Part shown: positions 17,067-25,061 of the stretch, piece after piece
Layout of the letters: every line of letters begins with the position of its first letter
Position numbering within the stretch: the stretch's first letter is position 1
Virus record (IMG/VR): IMGVR_UViG_3300050821_017570
Location: 96,001 to 160,000 of that record
Source of the DNA: a virus
Length of the DNA: 64,000 bases
Reading direction: 5' to 3' (one strand)
The notes under the pieces: model-generated
Seen by the model: only the letters and a program-made list of their open reading frames with translations
Database searches by the model: none
Told to the model about the DNA's origin: nothing
Translations under genes and position numbers: made by a program

Positions 17067-19325
17067 TCACGCCTCACCGACGTGAATCACATGGTCAAGA
17101 AAACCTTTGAGTGACGCATCATGTGTGACAATCAGAATCTGTCTGCCCTTGGCTTGCGAAATCTCGCGTAACCTCAGGAGCAGGTTCTGAAGATGGACGA
17201 TGTTTGCCTCGTCCAGATAAGCCGACGGTTCATCAAGAACCAGCAGGCCCATGTTCCGGGCAAACGTATCGGCCATCGCTAGCCTGAACGCAACCGACGC
17301 AATGATCTTCTCACCTCCGGATAGGCGAGATGCGTCTACCTGAACACCCTTCTTCTCTCCACTGATGAAGAGAATACGGAACGCCATATCGGCGTCTAAC
17401 CACATTCGAAACGGAGATTCGAGAAGTAGCAAATACTGCTCGATATGGTTGTTGAGAATCGCAGAGTATTCACGCATCGCCAGGGCTGGATACCCAGATA
17501 CATGCATAGCCTCTCTGACCTGTCGAACGACTGCGACCCACGCGTTATCGTCAGCCTCACGCTGAGACTGCTCAAGTAGGCGTCGCGCCTCACCTTCACG
17601 CTGTGTCGCTAGCCCGCTGGCGACACCAACTTTCAACGTCAGTTCCTGTAATGCGCGGCTGAGACCAGGATAAGCTTCCATCTGGCGCTTAGCCTCGGTC
17701 ACTTCCTCCATAGTTGGAATGTTGTCAATCTGACCTAGCTGATCGAGATACTCCTTTGCCTTACAAGCCGTCGCAGCCGCCTGGGTGATCCGCGTGACCA
17801 ACCCAGCGTAGCGCTCATTCGCTACCGCGACAGCCGTTTGAAGCGTTTGGAACTCCGTGACGATCGCTCGTAACTGAGTCATCAGGACGCTATCCGCCGG
17901 CTCGGTAGGCAGGCCTCGCATCTGACTGGTAATCGATTCGACATCACGACTCAGCAACTGGTGGGCGCGAGCCAGCTCGGTCAGTCGGGTCAACTCGGCC
18001 GTCTGGAGTCGCAGGTTCGTCTTGAGAACGTCGGCTTCACCTTTCAGCAACTTGCTCGTAATCTGATCGATCTGATTCAACTGGCCCTGTACGGTAGCAC
18101 GCTGCTCTTGCAGGACTGCTAATTCGGACTTCTTCCGCTGAACCATCTCTGGCCCGCCATGAACGGTCTGACCACACGTCGGACAGACCCCACTTCCAAG
18201 GTGCTGACACTCACTCGACAGTTGGCGCTGGCTATCCGATAGCCGTGCCAGCTCAACCTCCAGGGCTTCCTGACCTGGCATCTTCGGCCGCGCGGCTGGC
18301 GTCTTAACCATCCATTCGAGTGACTCCAACCGAGCGGTGTCGGCCTTGATCTGATCCGCTAGCGCGGTTTGATCTGCCTGGGAAAATGGTGCCAGCTGGG
18401 TCTTCTGAAGCTCAGCAAGCCGCTGACTCAGCTCAACCCATCGTTCCCATTGTGTGTGAGCCTTCTCCAGCGATTTGATCTGTTCGACCGCACTAATCGC
18501 AAGAGCCTGGCTAGCGTCACGCTGTGCTTGTTTGGCCACCAACGCTTGGTGGGCCTCATCTGCTTCCAGCCGAGCAGCCTCACACTCTTGCGTCATCCGC
18601 TCGTACTGCTGGGTCGCCTGGGCAACCGCAGCCGTATGTCGGATCGCTTCACTGGCCCGCTGAAGCGTCTGCTGGTGAACCGCCAGTCCCTCTAACGCGA
18701 CTTGCGTCCGTTGAAGGTCGGCTTCTGCCGCTACCAGTTCGGCTCTCGCCTTGGTGGTTGCAGCAACCGCCTCGGCCAGAATGTCTGTCAGGTTAGGCGT
18801 GACCTGGTAGAGATTCTGCTCAACCGTCAGGAGTCGATAGACCTGCTCGGTTCGATCGAGCCCAAAGCTAGCCTGGAACTCCTTGAGCCGGCTGGTTGGG
18901 CTGGCACACAAGATGGCCTCAATCTTGGTCTGCTGGATGAAAACATTGTCCAACAGGAGATCGATCGGAGCGCCAAACATGTCCTGGATAAACAGATCCA
19001 GTTCACCGGCCTTGTTGATACGGGTGCCTGGTCCGGTCAGAATCGACTTGGCCGGCAGATCACGATAGATGTGCCGGACGATCTGATACTCGGTACCGGC
19101 TTGATCGAACAGACCTCTGACCTCTGCGTCGGCCTGACCGTCGCGGATGTTGTCCTTGTTGTTGCCGCTGTTGACGCTTCGACCCGTGAACAACAGTCGG
19201 ATGGCGTCGCAAAGATTCGACTTGCCACTTCCGTTGGCACCCACGATACCGTTCAGGCCAGGTCGAAACTCGACCTCCAGACTTCGATGTTGGCAATAGT
19301 TCGTAAGCAGGAGTGATTTTAGCAC
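17067..19325 (-). CDS. sbcC: SbcC/Rad50 (gp46-like) SMC ATPase
   Basis: GANGSGKS Walker A, CPTCGQ zinc hook, long coiled coils, LSGGEK signature, LLVLDEP, IVTH. Confidence 0.95.
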   Translation of the reverse strand: MLKSLLLTNYCQHRSLEVEFRPGLNGIVGANGSGKSNLCDAIRLLFTGRSVNSGNNKDNIRDGQADAEVRGLFDQAGTEYQIVRHIYRDLPAKSILTGPGTRINKAGELDLFIQDMFGAPIDLLLDNVFIQQTKIEAILCASPTSRLKEFQASFGLDRTEQVYRLLTVEQNLYQVTPNLTDILAEAVAATTKARAELVAAEADLQRTQVALEGLAVHQQTLQRASEAIRHTAAVAQATQQYERMTQECEAARLEADEAHQALVAKQAQRDASQALAISAVEQIKSLEKAHTQWERWVELSQRLAELQKTQLAPFSQADQTALADQIKADTARLESLEWMVKTPAARPKMPGQEALEVELARLSDSQRQLSSECQHLGSGVCPTCGQTVHGGPEMVQRKKSELAVLQEQRATVQGQLNQIDQITSKLLKGEADVLKTNLRLQTAELTRLTELARAHQLLSRDVESITSQMRGLPTEPADSVLMTQLRAIVTEFQTLQTAVAVANERYAGLVTRITQAAATACKAKEYLDQLGQIDNIPTMEEVTEAKRQMEAYPGLSRALQELTLKVGVASGLATQREGEARRLLEQSQREADDNAWVAVVRQVREAMHVSGYPALAMREYSAILNNHIEQYLLLLESPFRMWLDADMAFRILFISGEKKGVQVDASRLSGGEKIIASVAFRLAMADTFARNMGLLVLDEPSAYLDEANIVHLQNLLLRLREISQAKGRQILIVTHDASLKGFLDHVIHVGEA

Positions 19326-19588
19326 GGTGCCTCATACAGAAGTGTAATGAAATCACGTTCTGGCAGGCTTGGATGACGCCAGAGCCCATCCTTCCACGTG
19401 CGATGACAACCACCACTACCGGTTCGTTGCCAGACCGAATTAGAATACGTGACTGATTCCGTCATAGCCTCACACCTCGCGATATAAACGATACCATCAA
19501 CACGGGCTACAACCGAATCGCTCAGAATGGTTATACGTAGGTTCTGGTTCCTACACTGCCAGATTTGACCTCGTTTGCGCGTAATCAT
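19319..19588 (-). CDS. small GQxW-family hypothetical protein
   Basis: RGQIWQCRNQ...RDFITLLYEAP. Confidence 0.7.
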   Translation of the reverse strand: MITRKRGQIWQCRNQNLRITILSDSVVARVDGIVYIARCEAMTESVTYSNSVWQRTGSGGCHRTWKDGLWRHPSLPERDFITLLYEAPC

Positions 19589-20019
19589 GATGTGGTTTCC
19601 GGATCATACAACAGAAGTGTGAAATCACGATCCGCATCATGAGGGTGTCGCCATTGGCCATACACAAATTCTCTCGTCGCATGACCGGTAAACGAGAACA
19701 CCGATCCATCGGCACCCGACCGGTACACCTCTACCTGAAAGCTTAGCATATCAACAACTTGATCACCGCGGATATCTACATCTTCGTCATCAAGATGAAG
19801 CAACTTCATCGACACCCGCTGGTCCCGACACTGCCAGACCTGACCGACTCGTAAGCGGCGAGCATCTGGGGCGGCTTCGCGATAAAGGGCCGATAGCTGT
19901 CGGACACGAGGCGAGCAAACAAATCGGCATGCATACCAGACCGCGTACAGACATCGCTTGATAAACCTCACCAGTCGTATGACGGTGGGAAAATCTTCAG
20001 GCCACATACGGTGTCTCAT
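19585..20019 (-). CDS. GQxW-family hypothetical protein with N-terminal extension
   Basis: LRVGQVWQCRDQ...RDFTLLLYDP. Confidence 0.7.
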   Translation of the reverse strand: MRHRMWPEDFPTVIRLVRFIKRCLYAVWYACRFVCSPRVRQLSALYREAAPDARRLRVGQVWQCRDQRVSMKLLHLDDEDVDIRGDQVVDMLSFQVEVYRSGADGSVFSFTGHATREFVYGQWRHPHDADRDFTLLLYDPETTS

Positions 20020-20948
20020 TCCCTATGCGGAAAATCGCGCTTCAGGTTCTCGATCGTGTCGTGCTGGAGCTGGAACCCAAACCGCCACATCCGATCCATC
20101 GACACCACATGAGGGTCACCGATGATCCGGAACTGCTTCTTCAGGGCTTCTTTCCGAACATACTCCACCACGTGGTGGCGCTGATAAGTGTCGCCATTTG
20201 TACCGAGATACTGGTGGAACTTCCAACGGTTGTCGTCGTTCCGCTCGGCCAGCCCGGTGCCGGGAATGGTCAGCATGATCAGGCTGATCGGCTTGAGTCG
20301 CTTCAGCATCAGTGGGATACATTCCAGGCCGATCAGACCACCGTACGGGTCGATATCACCAGCATCATATTTGGTACCGCTTCCGAGGAGCCTCGGGATG
20401 GCTTGACGCTCCACGTCGGTTTCCGCGGATCCATCGTAGACATTGACAGTCACGGTGCATCCGAGGTCCGCATAGATCTTCGTCAGGTCGCCCATCACGT
20501 CCTGCTCGCCAGGATTGCTGAAGAACTCGAACACCAGGGGATGGCGGTCCTGCTGATACGTCTGACGGGCCGTGAGGATCTCCATCATCAGGGTGGTCTG
20601 GACCCGCTTCTCCGGCACGTGCCGGGTCGCTGGATCCAACTCGGTCTGACGACGTATGATGTTCATGTTCGAGACGGCTGTCTCGCTCATCTGGCAGGCC
20701 GCCGCGACCTCCTTGTTGCTGGCTCCCTGACGGAGCATCTGCTCGGCCCGCTCATATCGGGTCTGTGGGGGCGTTAGGAGTCCCGTCGTGGGCGCCGGCG
20801 TAATAACCTCCAGCAGCTTCCGTCGCCGGTACGACACCACCTGTTTGGGGATCGCTAGCTCTTCGGCGATGTAGGAGTCGCTGAACCCCTGCTGCAACAT
20901 GTGGTTGATCGGAGCGGTTGCGGCAGCATAGCTGTGACGAATTTTCAT
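20016..20948 (-). CDS. tandem HTH + putative SAM-methyltransferase-like domain protein
   Basis: Two HTH-like segments (GFSDSYIAEELAIPKQVV; GASNKEVAAACQMSETAV); FEFFSNPG and GDIDPYG motifs. Confidence 0.5.
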   Translation of the reverse strand: MKIRHSYAAATAPINHMLQQGFSDSYIAEELAIPKQVVSYRRRKLLEVITPAPTTGLLTPPQTRYERAEQMLRQGASNKEVAAACQMSETAVSNMNIIRRQTELDPATRHVPEKRVQTTLMMEILTARQTYQQDRHPLVFEFFSNPGEQDVMGDLTKIYADLGCTVTVNVYDGSAETDVERQAIPRLLGSGTKYDAGDIDPYGGLIGLECIPLMLKRLKPISLIMLTIPGTGLAERNDDNRWKFHQYLGTNGDTYQRHHVVEYVRKEALKKQFRIIGDPHVVSMDRMWRFGFQLQHDTIENLKRDFPHRE

Positions 20949-21047
20949 AGGAGCCTCTCTAAGCCGCCCAGCAGGCCCGTAGAGGCTCGCTGTGCTGCCA
21001 AGGTAGTCTGAGTAGGGGGAATGGGGTAGAAATCGATCCTGAGGCCG

Positions 21048-22184
21048 CTACGGGGCCTTGGCGACCCCAGTGCGTCTCAGTTGGCAGAACCGTTCCCTGG
21101 CGTCCCTGATGAGCTGGCCGGCATCACCGGGGTCACTCAGCAGGGTGAGGGCGAGCCGATAGGGCACCGGATGCTTGTCCGGGTCGATCACCCGACCCAG
21201 CAGGTCGGGCACGCTGGGGAGGACCTGAGATGAATCCGCCTGGTCGTCTGGCGTGGCGGGACCGGCGTGACTGCCACACTGGTCGTCCGTCACCAGCAAC
21301 CCGAACCGCTCGGTCAGTGGGATGGCGAGCTTCTGGGCCAGCGCGAACTGGTCGAGTGTCTCGTGGTTCCAACGCAGGTGGAGGACCGGCGGGAGCGCCT
21401 GTAGGCCAGTGAGGTCGGCCGTCAGGCTGGCGAACCGGGCCTCCAGGTCGCTGGGCACCCACATCGGCTGGAGCGTCATCACGGTAAACGTTCTGGCCGC
21501 GATGGGGGCTCGGAACCAGCTAAGGTCCCGGCGCACCACCACACAGCTCTTGGGGCCAATCTGGGCCCAATTGCGGGCATGGGTGGCTCCGCTGTAGAGG
21601 ACTTCCGATCCATGGAGGGCCCGTTGGGTCAGCGGGCTGTGGAGGTCACCCACCAGGGTCAGCGGGATCCCCTCGGGGATCCAATCGGCATCGTGGTTCC
21701 AGGCACCGTCGAACCTGAGGAACTGACGGATCGCCTGGTGGAGCATCAGGATCTGGGGAACCGGTTGGTCAACCAGACTGGCCATCTGCTCCTCGATCTG
21801 ATCGCGGACCGCATAGTCGAACGCCCGTACCGATACGCCGGCGATCTCGACCGGCTTCCCATCCCCCACGTGGATGGGGTGCTCGGATGCGGCGCAGTAC
21901 CAGGGCGTGGGTGCCTTGTCGTGGTTGCCCTGGTAGGCGAAGACCTGGATGTTGTGTCGGTGGCAGCGATCCATCTCGTGGCGAAAGAAACTGATGAGCC
22001 CGCTGTCGGGCCGTACGGTGTCGAAGATGTCGCCACCCAGGACGAGCGGAACCTGGTACTCGATCGCCCGGTCCACCACCTGACTGAAGCCGAGGAAGCT
22101 GTCACCACGAATCAGACGGCGATCCGTCCAGATCAGATGCGACAGGTGGAGGTCGCCCATGAAACACAGCAATGGATCACTCAT
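21048..22184 (-). CDS. sbcD: SbcD/Mre11 (gp47-like) metallophosphoesterase nuclease
   Basis: GDLH, GDIFD, GNHD, LHQ, GDLH motifs. Confidence 0.92.
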   Translation of the reverse strand: MSDPLLCFMGDLHLSHLIWTDRRLIRGDSFLGFSQVVDRAIEYQVPLVLGGDIFDTVRPDSGLISFFRHEMDRCHRHNIQVFAYQGNHDKAPTPWYCAASEHPIHVGDGKPVEIAGVSVRAFDYAVRDQIEEQMASLVDQPVPQILMLHQAIRQFLRFDGAWNHDADWIPEGIPLTLVGDLHSPLTQRALHGSEVLYSGATHARNWAQIGPKSCVVVRRDLSWFRAPIAARTFTVMTLQPMWVPSDLEARFASLTADLTGLQALPPVLHLRWNHETLDQFALAQKLAIPLTERFGLLVTDDQCGSHAGPATPDDQADSSQVLPSVPDLLGRVIDPDKHPVPYRLALTLLSDPGDAGQLIRDARERFCQLRRTGVAKAP

Positions 22185-22208
22185 AGGTTTATTCTGACCT
22201 ATCTTTAT

Positions 22209-22343
22209 GGGTCCAAATGGTGAATCATCATCTTAAGCACATACTTTCAGTATATTATATCTTTTTAGATCTCTAGATGGATCGTATGAGAGTATAATAT
22301 ACTGAAAGTATGTGCTTAAGATGATGATTCACCATTTGGACCC
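22209..22343. repeat. perfect 51-bp inverted repeat (22209-22259 / 22293-22343) with 33-bp spacer, AT-rich
   Basis: GGGTCCAAATGGTGAATCATCATCTTAAGCACATACTTTCAGTATATTATA and its exact reverse complement. Confidence 0.97.
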
Positions 22344-23149
22344 TATTTAGGGGCAACACGTCTGTCATTTAAATGACAATAACGTTTGAAATTCATACAT
22401 GACCGAATGGCTTCACCATAATTGGAAGACTCAACCCCACTACCAGGATAGTCACTTAGTGAGACAAAGTAGTCCCACGCTGCACCGCGGTATGGGAACG
22501 ATTGAGTCTCCAAGCCACCAAGATCACGTCTCGTAGACCTTTCATAGATACGATCTGTTTTGATCCCAATGGGGACATCAGATGTCCAGAGACCGACTAG
22601 ATACAGGTAAAACGTCTCGATCCGAACTTCGCTTCTATGGTCCCAGTGGACAACCGTTTCGGTTTCACAGTACCGAAGGCATGGTAGGTATCCAACCAGT
22701 TGATAGGCCGTATGGTTGGCCCGGAACCGAGTCATGATCGCCGGATGTAGTGGCTCAGAAGATACCAATTCGGGATCTGTAACCCGTACGTGCCAGTAGG
22801 GGGCCTCGATCTGGTCGACGAGTGTTCCGAGTCGGTTCTGGTGGACACACCAGCAGCTCGGACAGAACGCATTCCCGCATACGTTGGTTGGACAGATGAT
22901 TGGCTCATCGGATTCGTTGTTTGCCTTCATGAGCCCAACCAACGGCTTGGCAATCGCTCCGATACCACGACACAACCGGCCGCTCGCTCGGTTGTACCGA
23001 TACTGGTCGAGGGTTAGCTTGCCAAACAACCCTGGTGTGATTGCATCCTGGCTGGATTGGATACGCTCCCAAACCTGATATCGGTCGTCGAATTCGGTAG
23101 TCTCGCGGCTAGTCATCACTTTGGTTGGCCATTTGGGAGATTCAGTCAT
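22343..23149 (-). CDS. hypothetical protein with Cys cluster (CPTNVCGNAFCPSC)
   Basis: 268-aa ORF; its stop abuts the inverted repeat. Confidence 0.75.
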   Translation of the reverse strand: MTESPKWPTKVMTSRETTEFDDRYQVWERIQSSQDAITPGLFGKLTLDQYRYNRASGRLCRGIGAIAKPLVGLMKANNESDEPIICPTNVCGNAFCPSCWCVHQNRLGTLVDQIEAPYWHVRVTDPELVSSEPLHPAIMTRFRANHTAYQLVGYLPCLRYCETETVVHWDHRSEVRIETFYLYLVGLWTSDVPIGIKTDRIYERSTRRDLGGLETQSFPYRGAAWDYFVSLSDYPGSGVESSNYGEAIRSCMNFKRYCHLNDRRVAPK

Positions 23150-23460
23150 GACGCCTCATACAGACAAACCACGAGATCACCCGACATGTCGTTACGCTGA
23201 TGATAAGCCACTCCATTATGATCGACATGCGCGTAGTAGGTTTGATCGCGCGATTCGATCCAGCGTAGCTCGTTAGAGTGAACCGACCAGGCCAGCTGAC
23301 CGTTATGCCACAGTTCCTCACTACCCGAGCACACCCAGTGTGGATTGGGTCCATCCGAACGGGCCACCGTCTGGAGAGTGAACATGCGCTGGTAGTCCGG
23401 TGCACAATCGATCTTGCCGGCCTGCCAGACCTGCCCCGGCCTAAGTGGTTGGAGGGTCAT
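23146..23460 (-). CDS. GQxW-family hypothetical protein
   Basis: LRPGQVWQAG...DLVVCLYEA. Confidence 0.7.
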   Translation of the reverse strand: MTLQPLRPGQVWQAGKIDCAPDYQRMFTLQTVARSDGPNPHWVCSGSEELWHNGQLAWSVHSNELRWIESRDQTYYAHVDHNGVAYHQRNDMSGDLVVCLYEAS

Positions 23461-23695
23461 AGATGAGTGTCGTTAGTGCGTAAGGATCGATACCGTGGGT
23501 GGCCCGAGACCACACTCCGCTGACCCACCGTACGTCACCGGTCCACTTGTGTGTATCACGATCTACGCTCGTACACCACTGGTAGGACAGATCGGTCTGG
23601 TAACTGAGTTCGGTCCGTTTGGCAAACCTCACAACTGTCCATCGAACGTTTTGATCATAACCCAACCAGATCTGGCCAATCTTAAGCGGGGTCAT
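23441..23695 (-). CDS. GQxW-family hypothetical protein (tandem duplicate of 23682-23933)
   Basis: LKIGQIWL...RWTVV...KRTEL.YQ.DLSYQ...DPYAL.TLIYDP. Confidence 0.75.
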   Translation of the reverse strand: MTPLKIGQIWLGYDQNVRWTVVRFAKRTELSYQTDLSYQWCTSVDRDTHKWTGDVRWVSGVWSRATHGIDPYALTTLIYDPPTT

Positions 23696-23933
23696 AAATG
23701 AGCGTCGCTAGCGCGTAAGGATCCACACCATTACCACGGGCCCAAACCCCATTGATAAAGCGTATCGAACCGCTCCATCCGTATGACCCGTCACTTGTGC
23801 CTCTTGTCGATTGGTAGGACAGATCGACCTGATAATGCAGTTCGGTTCGCTTGGTTAGTTTGACAACCGTCCATCGGATGTCATGCGTGCCAGCCAACCA
23901 GATTTGACCGACTCGGATCGGCGTGGGGGTCAT
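23682..23933 (-). CDS. GQxW-family hypothetical protein
   Basis: IRVGQIWL...DPYALATLIYDP. Confidence 0.75.
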   Translation of the reverse strand: MTPTPIRVGQIWLAGTHDIRWTVVKLTKRTELHYQVDLSYQSTRGTSDGSYGWSGSIRFINGVWARGNGVDPYALATLIYDPA

Positions 23934-24322
23934 GAGATATCCTCGATGAGGTCGGCAACCGTTTGGTTACCACGTGCGGGTGGGTGACGAGTCAGTGTGT
24001 CGTGGGCCAGCTTGGCCGCCCCGGCGAGTCCGAACCAGCAAACAACGAAACCCCCAATCCCGCCCAGTACGTGATCGTGAACCAGCAGGGTGACGGCCAA
24101 GGCGTGCCAGTAGGACTGACAGGTTGGGCAGGTTGGAAAGTCGGCCAGATCGGCCCAAATTCGATTCAGGGGCCATCGGCTAAGCGGTCTCCGCTCGCTA
24201 ATCCGGCTGAACCATCCCTCCAGCAGCTCCCTTGGGTAGCTCATGATGGTGGACTTAGCCGTCAGTTGGGTGAGCCCAAACACCGCCAGCACACCGATGC
24301 AGAAGACACAAAAACCTGACAT
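23930..24322 (-). CDS. membrane protein, DUF1360-like
   Basis: Hydrophobic segments plus CPTCQSYW (CPxCxSxW) motif. Confidence 0.55.
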   Translation of the reverse strand: MSGFCVFCIGVLAVFGLTQLTAKSTIMSYPRELLEGWFSRISERRPLSRWPLNRIWADLADFPTCPTCQSYWHALAVTLLVHDHVLGGIGGFVVCWFGLAGAAKLAHDTLTRHPPARGNQTVADLIEDIS

Positions 24323-24358
24323 GCTGACTCCTCGGTTGGTTGGCTGAATTGGTTCTGA

Positions 24359-24568
24359 TTACTTGAAACAACCGCCGCGGCAGGTCAGGCTCCCACAGAG
24401 GCCACAGTGGCCCTCGGAGTCATCATAGACCGTGAACCCGCTGGCGGTTTCGATACGTTGGCTCCGCATGGGCGGACGGCGGTTACCCGCTTCGTCCAGC
24501 ACGTAGGCGCGTCCATCCGCATCATGATGGACGATTTCACCATCACGGTTACGACCGTGGTTGTCCAT
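24359..24568 (-). CDS. small Cys-rich hypothetical protein
   Basis: C-terminal CGLCGSLTCRGGC; AAGGA SD. Confidence 0.65.
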   Translation of the reverse strand: MDNHGRNRDGEIVHHDADGRAYVLDEAGNRRPPMRSQRIETASGFTVYDDSEGHCGLCGSLTCRGGCFK

Positions 24569-24585
24569 TAGGTATCCTTGGAAAG

Positions 24586-24789
24586 TTACTCACCAACCAG
24601 GTAGGCAATCCCACAGACCGCCGCGATGGCGACCACAGGATGATAGATTGCAAGCAGACAGAGAAGTGCGAACCCGCAGATCCTAAGGAGCCGGATGCTC
24701 CGGTACGAAGGGTAGGAGTGTGGGTACAAATGTGACGTCCGGAAGATTTTCCGGAGTCCGCGCTCGATCCGTCGGAAGAGTGCCGACAT
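24586..24789 (-). CDS. small membrane protein
   Basis: Basic N-terminus and hydrophobic C-terminal segments. Confidence 0.6.
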   Translation of the reverse strand: MSALFRRIERGLRKIFRTSHLYPHSYPSYRSIRLLRICGFALLCLLAIYHPVVAIAAVCGIAYLVGE

Positions 24790-25061
24790 TGGGTATCACG
24801 CTTTTGAACCGAAGTATCGTCTTGGGAAATTGCAGCTGTAGGTAGATTCGGGCACTCGACATGGCCGTAGCTTAGCCGGTGGGCCGAACATCAAAAGTAG
24901 CCCCGTGGGGTTCTCTCCCACGGGGGCAATAGGTATTAGCCCAATACCTCGCAGGTGCATACAATGGCGGCGTAGACAAGCCCAACCAGTGCGAGAACCT
25001 TTAGCAGCGATAACGCGGCTAAAGCGATGCCCCCGAGTACGAGATAGGACGTCAGATCAGC

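Noticed and set aside
12837-17085. Long plus-strand ORFs (12837-13502, 13672-14394, 14429-15430, 15940-17085)
   Set aside because: Antisense shadows of strongly G/C3-biased real genes; no motifs or SD, and the repeat in 12837-13502 just mirrors the Ubl units.
22209-22343. Protelomerase target or transposon (MITE) ends
   Set aside because: Protelomerase sites are uninterrupted palindromes whereas this has a 33-nt spacer; no target-site duplication or transposase seen.
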